Origin: Candidatus Woesearchaeota archaeon
GTDB taxonomy: Archaea; Nanobdellota; Nanobdellia; SCGC-AAA011-G17; CAYHUM01
DNA: 57,740 nucleotides
Assembly: GCA_964359945.1 (NCBI GenBank)
Contig: CAYHUM010000002.1
Coordinates: forward strand, 1-57,740
Direction of reading: 5' to 3'
Below, piece after piece: positions 47,266 to 57,062 of the stretch; position 1 is the first letter of the stretch; each line of letters begins with the position of its first letter. The position numbers were made by a program, and so were the translations under genes. Under the pieces are notes generated by a model. It was given only the letters and a program-made list of their open reading frames with translations, was not told the DNA's origin and did no database searches.

Positions 47266-49059
47266 TTATGGTAATTGACCAAATGCCACTGCTTTAAAGG
47301 AAACATTATTTTGATATGTTCCAGGAGCTTGTTGAGCAGGAGCATTTAAGAAAAATTTGAAATAGATTGTTGTGTTACTAGGTATGTTAGATACAACTAA
47401 ATTATCTGTATAATTTTTAGTTAAAAATCTTTTGTTAATTGATGGTACTGTATTATTAGTTAAATTAAAGCTAAATGTTTCATTTCCAAGTCCAATAACA
47501 TCTATTCCCGAGGTTAAATCTGAATCTGCTTTTATGTACAAATCAATATTTCCACCAGTACTTTGAACTTGAATATCATAACTAGTTATTCCATCTAAAT
47601 TATTTCCATTTGCAGATAAATTGTATATAGGTAATGAATTAATAGTCCAATTTATTCCATTTGCTAATGAAGAAGATAAAGATACAGCTACACCAATAGT
47701 ACTTGTATTACATCTTGTGCTTACTCCTTGTATTGTAGTTGAATTCCAATTATTTGCAGTATCACTTGCTCCTACCCATGTAAAGTTAATTATTCCATCT
47801 GTTGTGCATCTCCAGTTGTAATACCATTCATTTCCTGAACCTTGGGTAAAATTATATGTAGTACCATTTATGGTTCCATTAACATAACTTATAGAACTAC
47901 TTGGATCTATTATAGAAACATTAAATTTAACATATTCATTTAGACCAACTTGAGATTGATTCACAGAAAAATCAGTAAATACTGGAAAATCCAAATCTGC
48001 TTCAGTTATTGTTACAGGAGATTGTAAATAGCTATCTTCTGTTAAACTGCTCCAGGTTAATCTTGCCTGTGAGTTTGAACTAGGGGTTACACTTCTAATT
48101 TCTAGCTCAGCTATTATTTTATCACCTTTGTTAAGATTAAATGCAGAACCTGTCAATGAAATATTATAATGTTGTGTTGTAGATGAACCTGCTCCTAGTT
48201 CCACTCCATTAGTGCATGGAGCAATTGTAGGCCCTTTAGTATCATTAGTGTACCATACATATAAACATGCTCTTGGAGACGCGTCTGCTTGATTTGCACT
48301 TTCATTTCCATGAATATGGACTACCCATGTTCCAGCACCAATTGATTGCGTTGCTAATGAATTTGTTATAAAAGAAGTCATTTTTCCAAATCCTGTTGAA
48401 GTAGAATTAAAAATTACTGTTTGCATTTCTTTTATATTTCCAAGAGATGCATTCATTGACCTATTTTGCCATACACTATTATAAAGAAAGGTATCACCAG
48501 AAGCACTATTATCTGGTTTTGGTTCAGATGGCATTAATTCATTTTTTGATTTAAAATAAAATCTGCTTGTTGAGACTACTGCTTGAATTATTGGTGGTAA
48601 TGGTTTAGCTTGCATTTCTACTATAGGTATTATTTCTGAACTAAAGCTATGCGTTACTAATTTTGCTTGTGAAAAAGTTTGAGGTATTACACTAACACTT
48701 TTAAAATCTCCAATAGAAGGATTATAATTTAAGTCAAACCATTTTCTTGAATAAGAATCAAGTTTACCTAAAGTAGAAGTATCTATATTTGAACTTCCTG
48801 TTACTTTTATTATGAAACTTTCTATTGGTTTAGGTTCTTTATTATCTATAAGTAATCTAAGTCTATGGTTTTTTGTATCAATATAAGCTTCTTTAACTTC
48901 AAAATCTACAAGAGCACTAGAAATTATTAGATTTTCAGTCTCTGCTTTAATTCTGGAATAAGTACTTAAATTAAAGTTATAAACACTTATAGCAATTACA
49001 ATTGTAAATCCTATCAAAATAACAGTTGCTATTAAAGGTGAAACAGCTCTTTTTTTCAT
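47266..49059 (-). CDS. large archaeal type IV pilin-like (class III signal peptide) surface protein
   Basis: The N-terminus MKKRAVSPLIATVILIGFTIVIAISVY matches the archaeal Pilin_N/DUF1628-type signal. I counted about 23 sequons. The C-terminus reads DVIGLGNETF...IYFKFFLNAPAQQAPGTYQNNVSFKAV. I prefer the ATG at 49059 over the GTG at 49065. Confidence 0.65.
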   Translation of the reverse strand: MKKRAVSPLIATVILIGFTIVIAISVYNFNLSTYSRIKAETENLIISSALVDFEVKEAYIDTKNHRLRLLIDNKEPKPIESFIIKVTGSSNIDTSTLGKLDSYSRKWFDLNYNPSIGDFKSVSVIPQTFSQAKLVTHSFSSEIIPIVEMQAKPLPPIIQAVVSTSRFYFKSKNELMPSEPKPDNSASGDTFLYNSVWQNRSMNASLGNIKEMQTVIFNSTSTGFGKMTSFITNSLATQSIGAGTWVVHIHGNESANQADASPRACLYVWYTNDTKGPTIAPCTNGVELGAGSSTTQHYNISLTGSAFNLNKGDKIIAELEIRSVTPSSNSQARLTWSSLTEDSYLQSPVTITEADLDFPVFTDFSVNQSQVGLNEYVKFNVSIIDPSSSISYVNGTINGTTYNFTQGSGNEWYYNWRCTTDGIINFTWVGASDTANNWNSTTIQGVSTRCNTSTIGVAVSLSSSLANGINWTINSLPIYNLSANGNNLDGITSYDIQVQSTGGNIDLYIKADSDLTSGIDVIGLGNETFSFNLTNNTVPSINKRFLTKNYTDNLVVSNIPSNTTIYFKFFLNAPAQQAPGTYQNNVSFKAVAFGQLP

Positions 49060-49098
49060 ATACACTAAGAAATTTAATTTACTTAAATAATTAACTGT

Positions 49099-49449
49099 TT
49101 ATATAATATTTATTGTAGATGCCTCAATCTCAAGAGAACCTTCATATTCTTTTACAGTACCTATTATCTCTACTACTTGACTTGTGTTAATACTTATATC
49201 TTTATCTTCTTTAAAAGCAACAACTGTAATATTACCGGTATTATCTTTAATGTTTAAAATTAATATTCCTGGAAGATTTCTAGATAAAATTACATAGCCT
49301 TTAATTTTTACTTCTTTGTCTAAATCCTTACTAGATATATCTGCAATGTTTGAATCTGAAATATTTTTACTTTCAGAAACAAATAAAATTATTAATACCC
49401 CTAATAATGCACATATTAAAGCTATGTTAAATAAGGTTTTTTCTTCCAT
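49099..49449 (-). CDS. membrane-anchored OB-fold protein
   Basis: N-terminal TM helix followed by an OB-like region (VKIKGYVILSRNLPGILILNIKDNTGNITVVAFKED...VEIIGTVKEYEGSLEIEA). Confidence 0.55.
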   Translation of the reverse strand: MEEKTLFNIALICALLGVLIILFVSESKNISDSNIADISSKDLDKEVKIKGYVILSRNLPGILILNIKDNTGNITVVAFKEDKDISINTSQVVEIIGTVKEYEGSLEIEASTINII

Positions 49450-49526
49450 ATAGATATTTATTTAGAAAAGCTTTTATAACTTTACATAGGAAAAATTTAT
49501 AAAAACTAAAGTTATATATAAAATAG

Positions 49527-49637
49527 ATGCAGGAGCCAAAATGGAAATATTTAAATTGGAAAGAAATTATAAAATGGACAGTTATTGCAATAATCCTTGC
49601 AGCAATAATCGAAATAATTTATTTTATGGTGAGGTAA
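49527..49637 (+). CDS. possible 36-aa single-TM micro-protein (not in the ORF track)
   Basis: My own translation is MQEPKWKYLNWKEIIKWTVIAIILAAIIEIIYFMVR. It ends 1 nt before the pan TTG start. Confidence 0.3.
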   Translation: MQEPKWKYLNWKEIIKWTVIAIILAAIIEIIYFMVR

Positions 49638-49638
49638 A

Positions 49639-50754
49639 TTGAACGGTATAGTAAAAAAGAAGGTTAATGAAGTTAATTCTTTAAATGAAGAAAATGAAAC
49701 ATTAAAAGCAACTCTAGACTATCTTAAAGAAGAGTTAAGTAGAATCAAACACCCACCTTTAATTGTTTGTGAGGTCTTAAAAGTTGTAAATCATAAAGCT
49801 TTGATAAGATTAAATAATGGAAATTGTTTTTACGTTGAGGTTTTAAATGATATAATCAGCAAGTTAAATTCTGGAGATTTAGCTTTGGCAGAACAGAAAT
49901 CTTTAATGATTGTTGATAAATTAGACAAATCAAAGAAATTTAATGTTGAGAATTTTGTGATTATAGAAAAACCTAAAATTTCATGGGAAGATTTGGGAGG
50001 ATTACAAAAACAAATAGAAGAAATTAAAGAAGTTATAGAATTACCAATAAAAAATCCAAAATTATTTGAGCAAGTAGGAATACAACCTCCTAAAGGAGTA
50101 TTATTGTATGGTGTAAGCGGTTGTGGTAAAACTTTACTTGCAAAAGCAGTAGCTGCAAGTACACAATCTACATTTATTGAAGTAGTTGGTTCAGAATTAG
50201 TTCAAAAGTTTATTGGAGATGGTGCTAAGTTAATTAAGGATATATTTGATTTAGCTAGAGAAAAAGCTCCGTCTATTGTTTTCATAGATGAACTAGATGC
50301 TATCGCTGCAGAAAGAATTGATATAGGAATAAGTGGAGAAAGAGAAGTACAGAGAACATTTATGCAACTACTATCAGAGATGGACGGATTTCAAAGTTTG
50401 GATAATGTAAAAATAATAGGAGCTACAAATAGAGTTGATATTTTAGATCCAGCTATTATAAGACCAGGTAGATTAGATAGACTAATAGAAATACCATTAC
50501 CGGATGCTAAAGGAAGGCATGAGATATTTAATATACATACAAAAAATATGAAATTAGAAAATGATGTTAATCTTAAGAAAGTTATTGAGATGATGGAAAA
50601 CTTTTCAGGCGCTGAAATTAGAGCTGTTTGTACAGAATCAGGTTATTGTGCTATAAGAAAAAATAGAATAAGTGTTTTTATGGAAGATTTTTTAGAAGCA
50701 ATTAAGAAAATTTCTGTTGATGAGGTTGATGAGTATATAGATATGTTTGGATGA
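49639..50754 (+). CDS. pan: proteasome-activating nucleotidase (PAN/Rpt-like AAA ATPase)
   Basis: N-terminal coiled coil, an OB region, Walker A GVSGCGKT, Walker B IVFIDELD and RPGRLDR. TTG start. Confidence 0.9.
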   Translation: MNGIVKKKVNEVNSLNEENETLKATLDYLKEELSRIKHPPLIVCEVLKVVNHKALIRLNNGNCFYVEVLNDIISKLNSGDLALAEQKSLMIVDKLDKSKKFNVENFVIIEKPKISWEDLGGLQKQIEEIKEVIELPIKNPKLFEQVGIQPPKGVLLYGVSGCGKTLLAKAVAASTQSTFIEVVGSELVQKFIGDGAKLIKDIFDLAREKAPSIVFIDELDAIAAERIDIGISGEREVQRTFMQLLSEMDGFQSLDNVKIIGATNRVDILDPAIIRPGRLDRLIEIPLPDAKGRHEIFNIHTKNMKLENDVNLKKVIEMMENFSGAEIRAVCTESGYCAIRKNRISVFMEDFLEAIKKISVDEVDEYIDMFG

Positions 50755-50756
50755 AT

Positions 50757-50864
50757 ATGAATAATATATTAATTTTTATACTATCTTTAATTGGTTTATT
50801 GGTATTGTATTGGGTATTATTTGGAGAAAGAATATTTAGAAAAAAATATGGAGAACATCTATGA
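50757..50864 (+). CDS. possible 35-aa single-TM micro-protein (not in the ORF track)
   Basis: My own translation is MNNILIFILSLIGLLVLYWVLFGERIFRKKYGEHL. Its stop overlaps the next ATG (ATGA). Confidence 0.3.
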   Translation: MNNILIFILSLIGLLVLYWVLFGERIFRKKYGEHL

Positions 50865-51124
50865 TAAAAGACAATTTATTACTTCAAAAGGATTTGGAAA
50901 TAGACAAAGCAAAGTTTTCTAGGGATGAATATCTAAAATATTTTATAGCAATGTCTTTAATAATTCTAGGAATGATGCAATTTTTAAGAAAAGGTTCTAT
51001 CTTAGGAGCATTTTTTTCTATAATCTTTATCATATTATTAATTTTCACTGTGATTAAACTACAAACTAATGAGAATAAACTTAGAACTCTTTATAAGGAA
51101 AAGGAAGATTTAATCAAAAAATAA
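50861..51124 (+). CDS. small membrane protein
   Basis: 87-aa ORF with two hydrophobic helices, tightly packed in an operon. Confidence 0.45.
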   Translation: MIKDNLLLQKDLEIDKAKFSRDEYLKYFIAMSLIILGMMQFLRKGSILGAFFSIIFIILLIFTVIKLQTNENKLRTLYKEKEDLIKK

Positions 51125-51125
51125 G

Positions 51126-51902
51126 ATGTTATTAATAAAAATACCTAGTTCTTTAGGTAGTTTAGGTAAAAATACAGGATGTGAAAAAGCACCCGATAAA
51201 ATTATAGAAACTTTAAAAGAATTTTATTCTAATGAAGATGGCAAGGAAGTTAGTTATAATATTATTGAAGTAGAAGTTCATAATAATAACATAGAAAAAA
51301 CTAATGAAGATATATATGAAAAAACTAAAAATTTAGAAAATGGAATTATTTTAGGAGGTGATCATTCTATAACTTATAGTTGCTTTAAAGCCTTTTCTAG
51401 AAGGTATAAAAATCCCGGAATAGTAATTTTTGATGCACATCCAGATTTAGAAGTAAATACAGAATCAATTACACATGAAGATTATTTGAAAGCTCTAATA
51501 AAAGAAGGTTATTTGAAAAGAGAAAATTTAATTATTGTTGGATTAAGAAATAATAGCGAAAATGAAAACCATTACTTAAAAGAAAACAAAATAAAGTTTT
51601 ATGATATGAAAAAAATATTTAATAATATCGAAAATACATGCGATGCAATTATGGAAAGTTCTAGAAACTTTGATGGATTATATTTAAGTATAGATATTGA
51701 TTGTGTAGATCCATCATTTGCTCCAGGCACTTATTATAAAGAACCAGGAGGATTAACCAGCAGAGAAATTTTATATTTTATACAAAGGTTAAAATTATTA
51801 AAGAGTTTAAAATTTGTTGATATAGTTGAAGTAAATCCAAAATTAGATTTAAATAATATTACTGTAAAACTTGCAGCTAAGATAGTAAATGAAATACTAT
51901 AA
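51126..51902 (+). CDS. ureohydrolase-family enzyme (agmatinase/arginase-like)
   Basis: Mn-binding motifs GGDHSITY, FDAHPD and SIDIDCVDP. Confidence 0.85.
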   Translation: MLLIKIPSSLGSLGKNTGCEKAPDKIIETLKEFYSNEDGKEVSYNIIEVEVHNNNIEKTNEDIYEKTKNLENGIILGGDHSITYSCFKAFSRRYKNPGIVIFDAHPDLEVNTESITHEDYLKALIKEGYLKRENLIIVGLRNNSENENHYLKENKIKFYDMKKIFNNIENTCDAIMESSRNFDGLYLSIDIDCVDPSFAPGTYYKEPGGLTSREILYFIQRLKLLKSLKFVDIVEVNPKLDLNNITVKLAAKIVNEIL

Positions 51903-52077
51903 AATATGTCCAAGATGTGGGAGTATAGAAGTAACTCCAATAATTAAAACGTTAGATGTTAGTGCGTTTACAGGTATAAAAAAATATAAATGTAATAAAT
52001 GTAAATTAGCTTTGGATATATTTCCAGAAATTAGTGAAGAAGATTTATTAAAAAATAAAAATGATAGAAAAAAGTAA
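51889..52077 (+). CDS. zinc-ribbon protein
   Basis: CPRCGS...CNKCK (CxxC-x27-CxxC). Confidence 0.5.
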   Translation: MKYYKICPRCGSIEVTPIIKTLDVSAFTGIKKYKCNKCKLALDIFPEISEEDLLKNKNDRKK

Positions 52078-52255
52078 ACTATATTATATAAGTACTAGCT
52101 TATATGGCTTAATTGGATTTATCGGAGCAATATTTCTTATTTATTCCATAATGAATAAAAATATAATCTTATTAATTGTTAGTGCTTTAGTTATTTATGT
52201 TGCTTTTGATAATGTAACTTGTAAAAGTAGGAAAGAAAGGTACTTTAAGAAATGA
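52061..52255 (+). CDS. small membrane protein
   Basis: 64 aa with two hydrophobic helices. It overlaps both neighbouring genes. Confidence 0.4.
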   Translation: MIEKSKLYYISTSLYGLIGFIGAIFLIYSIMNKNIILLIVSALVIYVAFDNVTCKSRKERYFKK

Positions 52256-52791
52256 GGTCCTTCATCGCTATAGATCTACCAGAAGATGTTAGAGATTATT
52301 TATATAACTTTCAAAGTAAATTAAAACAATTACCTGCTAAGATTAAATGGATTGAGAAAAAAAATTTACATTTAACAATTAAGTTTTTAGGAGAAATAGA
52401 CGATAAAAAACTTTTAGAGATAAAAGAAATTCTATCAAGGATTCATTATAATTCATTTGAAGCAAATTTATCTAATCTGGGATTTTTTCCTGATGAAAAT
52501 CATGTTAATGTTATTTGGGTTGGAATTGAACCAATTAATCAAGTGATAGGATTACAACAAAAAATAGATTCTGAATTACTAAATTTATTTTCAAAAAATC
52601 AAAAATTTAGTTCACATGTTACCTTAGGAAGAGTTAAATTCGTTAAAATTAAAAATAAATTTTTAGGTATGCTAAAAGAACAAAAAATAGAGAGAACTAA
52701 ATTTAAAATAGATTCATTTAGATTATATAAAAGCATACTTATGAAAGACGGCCCTATCTATGAAGTTTTAGAAGAATATAGATTATTGTGA
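52252..52791 (+). CDS. thpR: 2'-5' RNA ligase / 2H phosphoesterase (LigT/ThpR)
   Basis: Two HxT/S motifs: HLTIKFLG and HVTLGR. Confidence 0.85.
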   Translation: MRSFIAIDLPEDVRDYLYNFQSKLKQLPAKIKWIEKKNLHLTIKFLGEIDDKKLLEIKEILSRIHYNSFEANLSNLGFFPDENHVNVIWVGIEPINQVIGLQQKIDSELLNLFSKNQKFSSHVTLGRVKFVKIKNKFLGMLKEQKIERTKFKIDSFRLYKSILMKDGPIYEVLEEYRLL

Positions 52792-52839
52792 TACAAAACA
52801 GCAATATTTAAAAAGATTAATGAGTTTCTTATATTTTTA

Positions 52840-53901
52840 ATGAGAAATTTTAAACTTATTTTAGAGGATCAGTCTATTTTTACCGGATATGGATTTGGAG
52901 CACTTAAATCTATTTCTGGTGAAGTTGTTTTTAATACAGGTATGGTTGGCTATCCGGAAACATTAACAGATCCTAGTTATAAAGGACAGGTTCTAGTTTT
53001 AACTTATCCCTTAATAGGTAATTATGGAGTTCCAGAAAATGAAAGTGGCAGTTTATTACTAAAAAATTTTGAGTCAGAAAGAATACAAGTTTCGGGATTA
53101 GTTGTAGACAATTATAGTATGGATTATAATCATTGGAGTTCTGTTAAGAGTTTAAATCAATGGTTAACGGAAAATGATATTCCAGGAATTTATGGTATAG
53201 ACACTAGAGCTTTAACAAAAAAATTAAGGGAAGAAGGAGTTATGTTAGGTAAATTAATTTATGATAAAGATTTAGACTTTTATGATCCAAATAAAGAAAA
53301 TTTAGTTGATCAAGTTTCTACTAAAAAAATTCTAAGTTATGGTAGTGGTAATATCAAAGTTGTTTTAGTTGATTGTGGAGTAAAAAATAATATTATAAGA
53401 TGTTTAGTAAAAAGAAATATCTCTGTAATTAGAGTTCCATGGAATTACGACTTTAATAAATTAGATTATGACGGTTTAATTATTTCTAATGGACCTGGTG
53501 ATCCAATTATGTGTGATCATACAATAGATAATGTAAAAAAAGCATTAACTAAAGAGAAACCAATTTTTGGGATTTGTTTAGGTAATCAAATACTCTCGTT
53601 GGCTGCTGGGGCTAAAACATACAAAATGAAATATGGACATAGAAGCCAAAATCAACCATGTATTGATTTAGAAACAAATAAATGTTATATTACAACACAA
53701 AATCATGGTTATGCTGTTGACTCTAAAACTTTAGGTAAAGAATGGAAAGAGTGGTTTATTAACGCTAATGATAATACAAATGAAGGTTTAAAACATTTAA
53801 AAAAACCTTTTTGGAGTGTTCAATTCCATCCAGAAGCTAACCCTGGTCCCAAGGATTGCGAGTTTTTATTTGATGAATTTTTAAAACTGATTAAAAAATG
53901 A
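52840..53901 (+). CDS. carA: carbamoyl-phosphate synthase small (glutaminase) subunit
   Basis: N-terminal CPSase small-chain domain and the GATase triad (GICLGNQ, HGY, FHPE). Confidence 0.95.
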   Translation: MRNFKLILEDQSIFTGYGFGALKSISGEVVFNTGMVGYPETLTDPSYKGQVLVLTYPLIGNYGVPENESGSLLLKNFESERIQVSGLVVDNYSMDYNHWSSVKSLNQWLTENDIPGIYGIDTRALTKKLREEGVMLGKLIYDKDLDFYDPNKENLVDQVSTKKILSYGSGNIKVVLVDCGVKNNIIRCLVKRNISVIRVPWNYDFNKLDYDGLIISNGPGDPIMCDHTIDNVKKALTKEKPIFGICLGNQILSLAAGAKTYKMKYGHRSQNQPCIDLETNKCYITTQNHGYAVDSKTLGKEWKEWFINANDNTNEGLKHLKKPFWSVQFHPEANPGPKDCEFLFDEFLKLIKK

Positions 53902-56900
53902 AAAAAATATTAATTATAGGAAGTGGAAGCATAAAAATAGGGGAAGCAGGGGAATTTGATTATTCTGGAAGTCAAGCTATAAAAGCATTAAAGGAAGAGG
54001 ACATTAAAATTATTTTAATAAATCCAAATATTGCAACTATACAATCAGATGAGAAATTAGCAGATAAAATTTATTTTTTACCTATAACAAGTTATTTCGT
54101 AGAAAAAGTTATAGAGAAAGAAAGACCAGACGGAATTTTGTTAGGATTTGGAGGACAAACTGCTTTAAATACAGGTGTAGAATTATATAATAAAGGAATT
54201 TTACAAAAATATAATATAGAAGTTTTAGGTACACAAATAGAGTCCATAAAAAATACAGAAGATAGGAAATTATTTGTAGAGAAATTAAGTGAGATTAATA
54301 TTAAGGTACCTAAAAGCATTGCTATTAATAATGTAGAAGAGGGAATTAATGCAGCAAATAAAATAGGATTTCCTGTTATACTAAGAAGTGCTTATTCTCT
54401 TGGGGGGTTAGGTTCTGGAATATGTTATGATGAAGAAGAACTTAAAAATTTACTAAAGAAATCACTTACTTTCACGAGTCAAGTTTTAGTTGAAGAGTAT
54501 TTGGATAAATGGAAAGAAGTTGAATATGAAGTTGTTAGAGACAAATTTGATAATTGTATAACAGTATGTAACATGGAGAACTTTGATCCTATGGGGATAC
54601 ATACTGGAGAAAGTATAGTTGTAGCTCCTAGCCAAACTTTAACAAATGAAGAATATCATAAATTGAGAGAAATAGCAATAAAAATAATTAGACATTTAAA
54701 GATAGTTGGAGAATGTAATATACAATATGCACTTAATACAAATAATAGTGATTATAGGGTTATAGAAATAAATGCAAGATTATCTAGAAGTTCTGCATTA
54801 GCATCTAAAGCTACAGGATATCCTTTAGCTTATATAGCCGCAAAACTAGCTTTAGGTTTTTCTTTGATTGAGTTAAGAAATTCAATAACTAAATTAACTA
54901 CAGCCTGTTTTGAACCTGCTTTAGATTATTGCGTGGTTAAAATTCCTAGATGGGATTTGGGAAAATTCAAAAGAGTTTCTAAGAATATAGGTAGTAGCAT
55001 GAAATCAGTAGGAGAAGTTATGGCTATAGGCAGAAAATTTGAAGAAACATTACAAAAAGCCATAAGAATGCTTGATGTTGGAATGAATGGTTTAGTTGGA
55101 AATAACATTAATTTTAATAACATAGAAAATGAATTAAAAAATCCTACTGATGAAAGGTTATTTGCAATAGTTAATGCATTAAAAAATAATTATGACATAG
55201 ATAAAATTTACGATTTAACTGGAATAGATAAATGGTTTTTATATAAAATAAAAAATGTAGTGGAAATAGAAAAAGACATAGTAAATAATAAAGAAAATCT
55301 TACTAAAGAAATTATATTAAAATCTAAACAATATGGCTTTTCCGATAAACAAATAGGAATTTTAATAGAAAAAGATAGAGATTATGTTTATAGACTAAGA
55401 GAAGAATATAAAATAATTCCATTTATTAGACAAATAGATACCTTAGCAGCAGAATATCCAGCAAAAACTAATTATTTATACTTAACTTATAATGCTCAAG
55501 AAGATGATATAACTTTAAACGAAAAACCAGTTATAGTTTTAGGTTCAGGAACATATAGAATAGGGAGTAGTGTTGAATTTGACTGGTGTTGTGTTAATTG
55601 TGTATTCACTCTAAGAGATCTTGGATACAAAACAGTTATGATAAATTATAACCCAGAAACTGTAAGTACAGATTATGATATTTGTGATAGACTTTATTTT
55701 GAGGAAATTTCTTTTGAGGTAGTAAATGAAATTTATAAAAAAGAAAATCCTTTGGGGATTATTGTTTCTATGGGAGGACAAATCCCAAATAATATTGCTA
55801 AACATTGCCATGACAATAATCTAAAAATATTAGGAACAAGTGCTTTAAGTATAGATAACTCTGAAGACAGATATAAATTTTCTAAATTATTAGACGAATT
55901 AAATATTGAACAACCAGAATGGAAAGAGTTAACAAGTATAGATGACGCTAAAAATTTTGCTAAAAATGTAGAATATCCAGTATTGATCAGACCTAGTTAT
56001 GTTTTAAGTGGAGCTGCAATGAGTGTGGCTTTTGATAATGAGACTTTACAAGACTATTTAGAAAAAGCATCTAAAGTTTCAAGTGAGTATCCTGTTGTAA
56101 TAAGTAAATTTATAGAAAATGCTAAGGAAATTGAAGTTGATGCAGTTGCTAATAAAGGCAAGATTGTTGCTTATGCTATTACAGAACACATAGAAAATGC
56201 AGGTATACATTCTGGAGATGCTACTATAGTATTACCTCCACATAAACTATATCTAGAAACAGTAAGAAAAATAAAAAACATTGCTGAAAAGATTTCAGGA
56301 AATTTAGAAATAACCGGACCATTCAACATTCAATTTATTGCTAAAGATAATAATGTTAAGGTAATCGAATGTAATTTAAGAGCATCGAGGACTTTTCCAT
56401 TTATTAGTAAGGTACTTAAAACTAATTTTATAGATTTAGCTACTAAAGTAATTCTTAATAAAGATGTTAAAATAGATTATAAAAATTTTGATATAGAATA
56501 TGTGGCTGTGAAAGCGCCACAATTTTCTTTTTCTAGACTTAAAGGAGCAGACCCTATTTCAGGAGTAGAGATGGCAAGTACCGGAGAAGTGGCTTGTTTT
56601 GGAAAAAATATTAATGAGGCTTTTTTAAAATCATTACTTTCTACTGGTTTTATATTGCCTAAGAAAAATGTATTAGTTAGTATAGGGGGGGGTGAAAATA
56701 AAATTAAAATTTTAGAGTCAATTAAGAAATTAAAGTCCTTAGGATATGAAATTTATGCTACTGAAAACACTTCTATTTTTTTAAAACAAAATGATGTTAG
56801 TAACATAATGCTTTATAAAATCCATGAAGATCTTCAACCCAACATTTCAGATTATTTATCAAATAAAAAACTTGATTTAGTTATTAATATACAAGATCAT

Positions 56901-57062
56901 TATATGAAAATTATTGCAGAAGATTCCTATTTTATAAGAAGAAATGCAGTTGATTTTAATACACCTTTAATAACAAATATTCAATTAGCCGAATTATTTA
57001 TAGACACAATATCAAAAGTTAATTTAGATGATCTAGAAATTAAATCTTGGGATGAATATTAA
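53898..57062 (+). CDS. carB: carbamoyl-phosphate synthase large subunit
   Basis: Duplicated ATP-grasp modules, an oligomerisation domain and a C-terminal MGS-like domain. 1054 aa. Confidence 0.95.
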   Translation: MKKILIIGSGSIKIGEAGEFDYSGSQAIKALKEEDIKIILINPNIATIQSDEKLADKIYFLPITSYFVEKVIEKERPDGILLGFGGQTALNTGVELYNKGILQKYNIEVLGTQIESIKNTEDRKLFVEKLSEINIKVPKSIAINNVEEGINAANKIGFPVILRSAYSLGGLGSGICYDEEELKNLLKKSLTFTSQVLVEEYLDKWKEVEYEVVRDKFDNCITVCNMENFDPMGIHTGESIVVAPSQTLTNEEYHKLREIAIKIIRHLKIVGECNIQYALNTNNSDYRVIEINARLSRSSALASKATGYPLAYIAAKLALGFSLIELRNSITKLTTACFEPALDYCVVKIPRWDLGKFKRVSKNIGSSMKSVGEVMAIGRKFEETLQKAIRMLDVGMNGLVGNNINFNNIENELKNPTDERLFAIVNALKNNYDIDKIYDLTGIDKWFLYKIKNVVEIEKDIVNNKENLTKEIILKSKQYGFSDKQIGILIEKDRDYVYRLREEYKIIPFIRQIDTLAAEYPAKTNYLYLTYNAQEDDITLNEKPVIVLGSGTYRIGSSVEFDWCCVNCVFTLRDLGYKTVMINYNPETVSTDYDICDRLYFEEISFEVVNEIYKKENPLGIIVSMGGQIPNNIAKHCHDNNLKILGTSALSIDNSEDRYKFSKLLDELNIEQPEWKELTSIDDAKNFAKNVEYPVLIRPSYVLSGAAMSVAFDNETLQDYLEKASKVSSEYPVVISKFIENAKEIEVDAVANKGKIVAYAITEHIENAGIHSGDATIVLPPHKLYLETVRKIKNIAEKISGNLEITGPFNIQFIAKDNNVKVIECNLRASRTFPFISKVLKTNFIDLATKVILNKDVKIDYKNFDIEYVAVKAPQFSFSRLKGADPISGVEMASTGEVACFGKNINEAFLKSLLSTGFILPKKNVLVSIGGGENKIKILESIKKLKSLGYEIYATENTSIFLKQNDVSNIMLYKIHEDLQPNISDYLSNKKLDLVINIQDHYMKIIAEDSYFIRRNAVDFNTPLITNIQLAELFIDTISKVNLDDLEIKSWDEY

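Noticed and set aside
8794-49065. Upstream alternative starts proposed by the ORF track: 8794 (radB), 14735 (wHTH), 18255 (integrase), 36044 (cdc6), 46682 (anchored protein) and 49065 (pilin-like).
   Set aside because: Each extension uses a non-ATG codon or adds residues that overlap the neighbouring gene. In every case a downstream ATG has a better SD or TATA context, or begins a clean signal peptide.
1630-55811. Antisense or shadow ORFs from the track: 1630-1893, 12425-12616, 13923-14156, 17954-18175, 22841-23023, 24322-24609, 25273-25461, 27450-27725, 28252-28437, 31956-32222, 34630-34833, 35238-35573, 36520-36720, 37563-37874, 40924-41205, 44083-44265, 44299-44565, 44653-44889, 45864-46088, 46360-46650, 47621-47821, 51734-51940, 54092-54319, 54926-55123 and 55611-55811.
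   Set aside because: Each lies entirely or mostly opposite a longer ORF with clear family motifs. Their translations are low-complexity F/L/I/S/K-rich strings, typical of the antisense strand of AT-rich genes.
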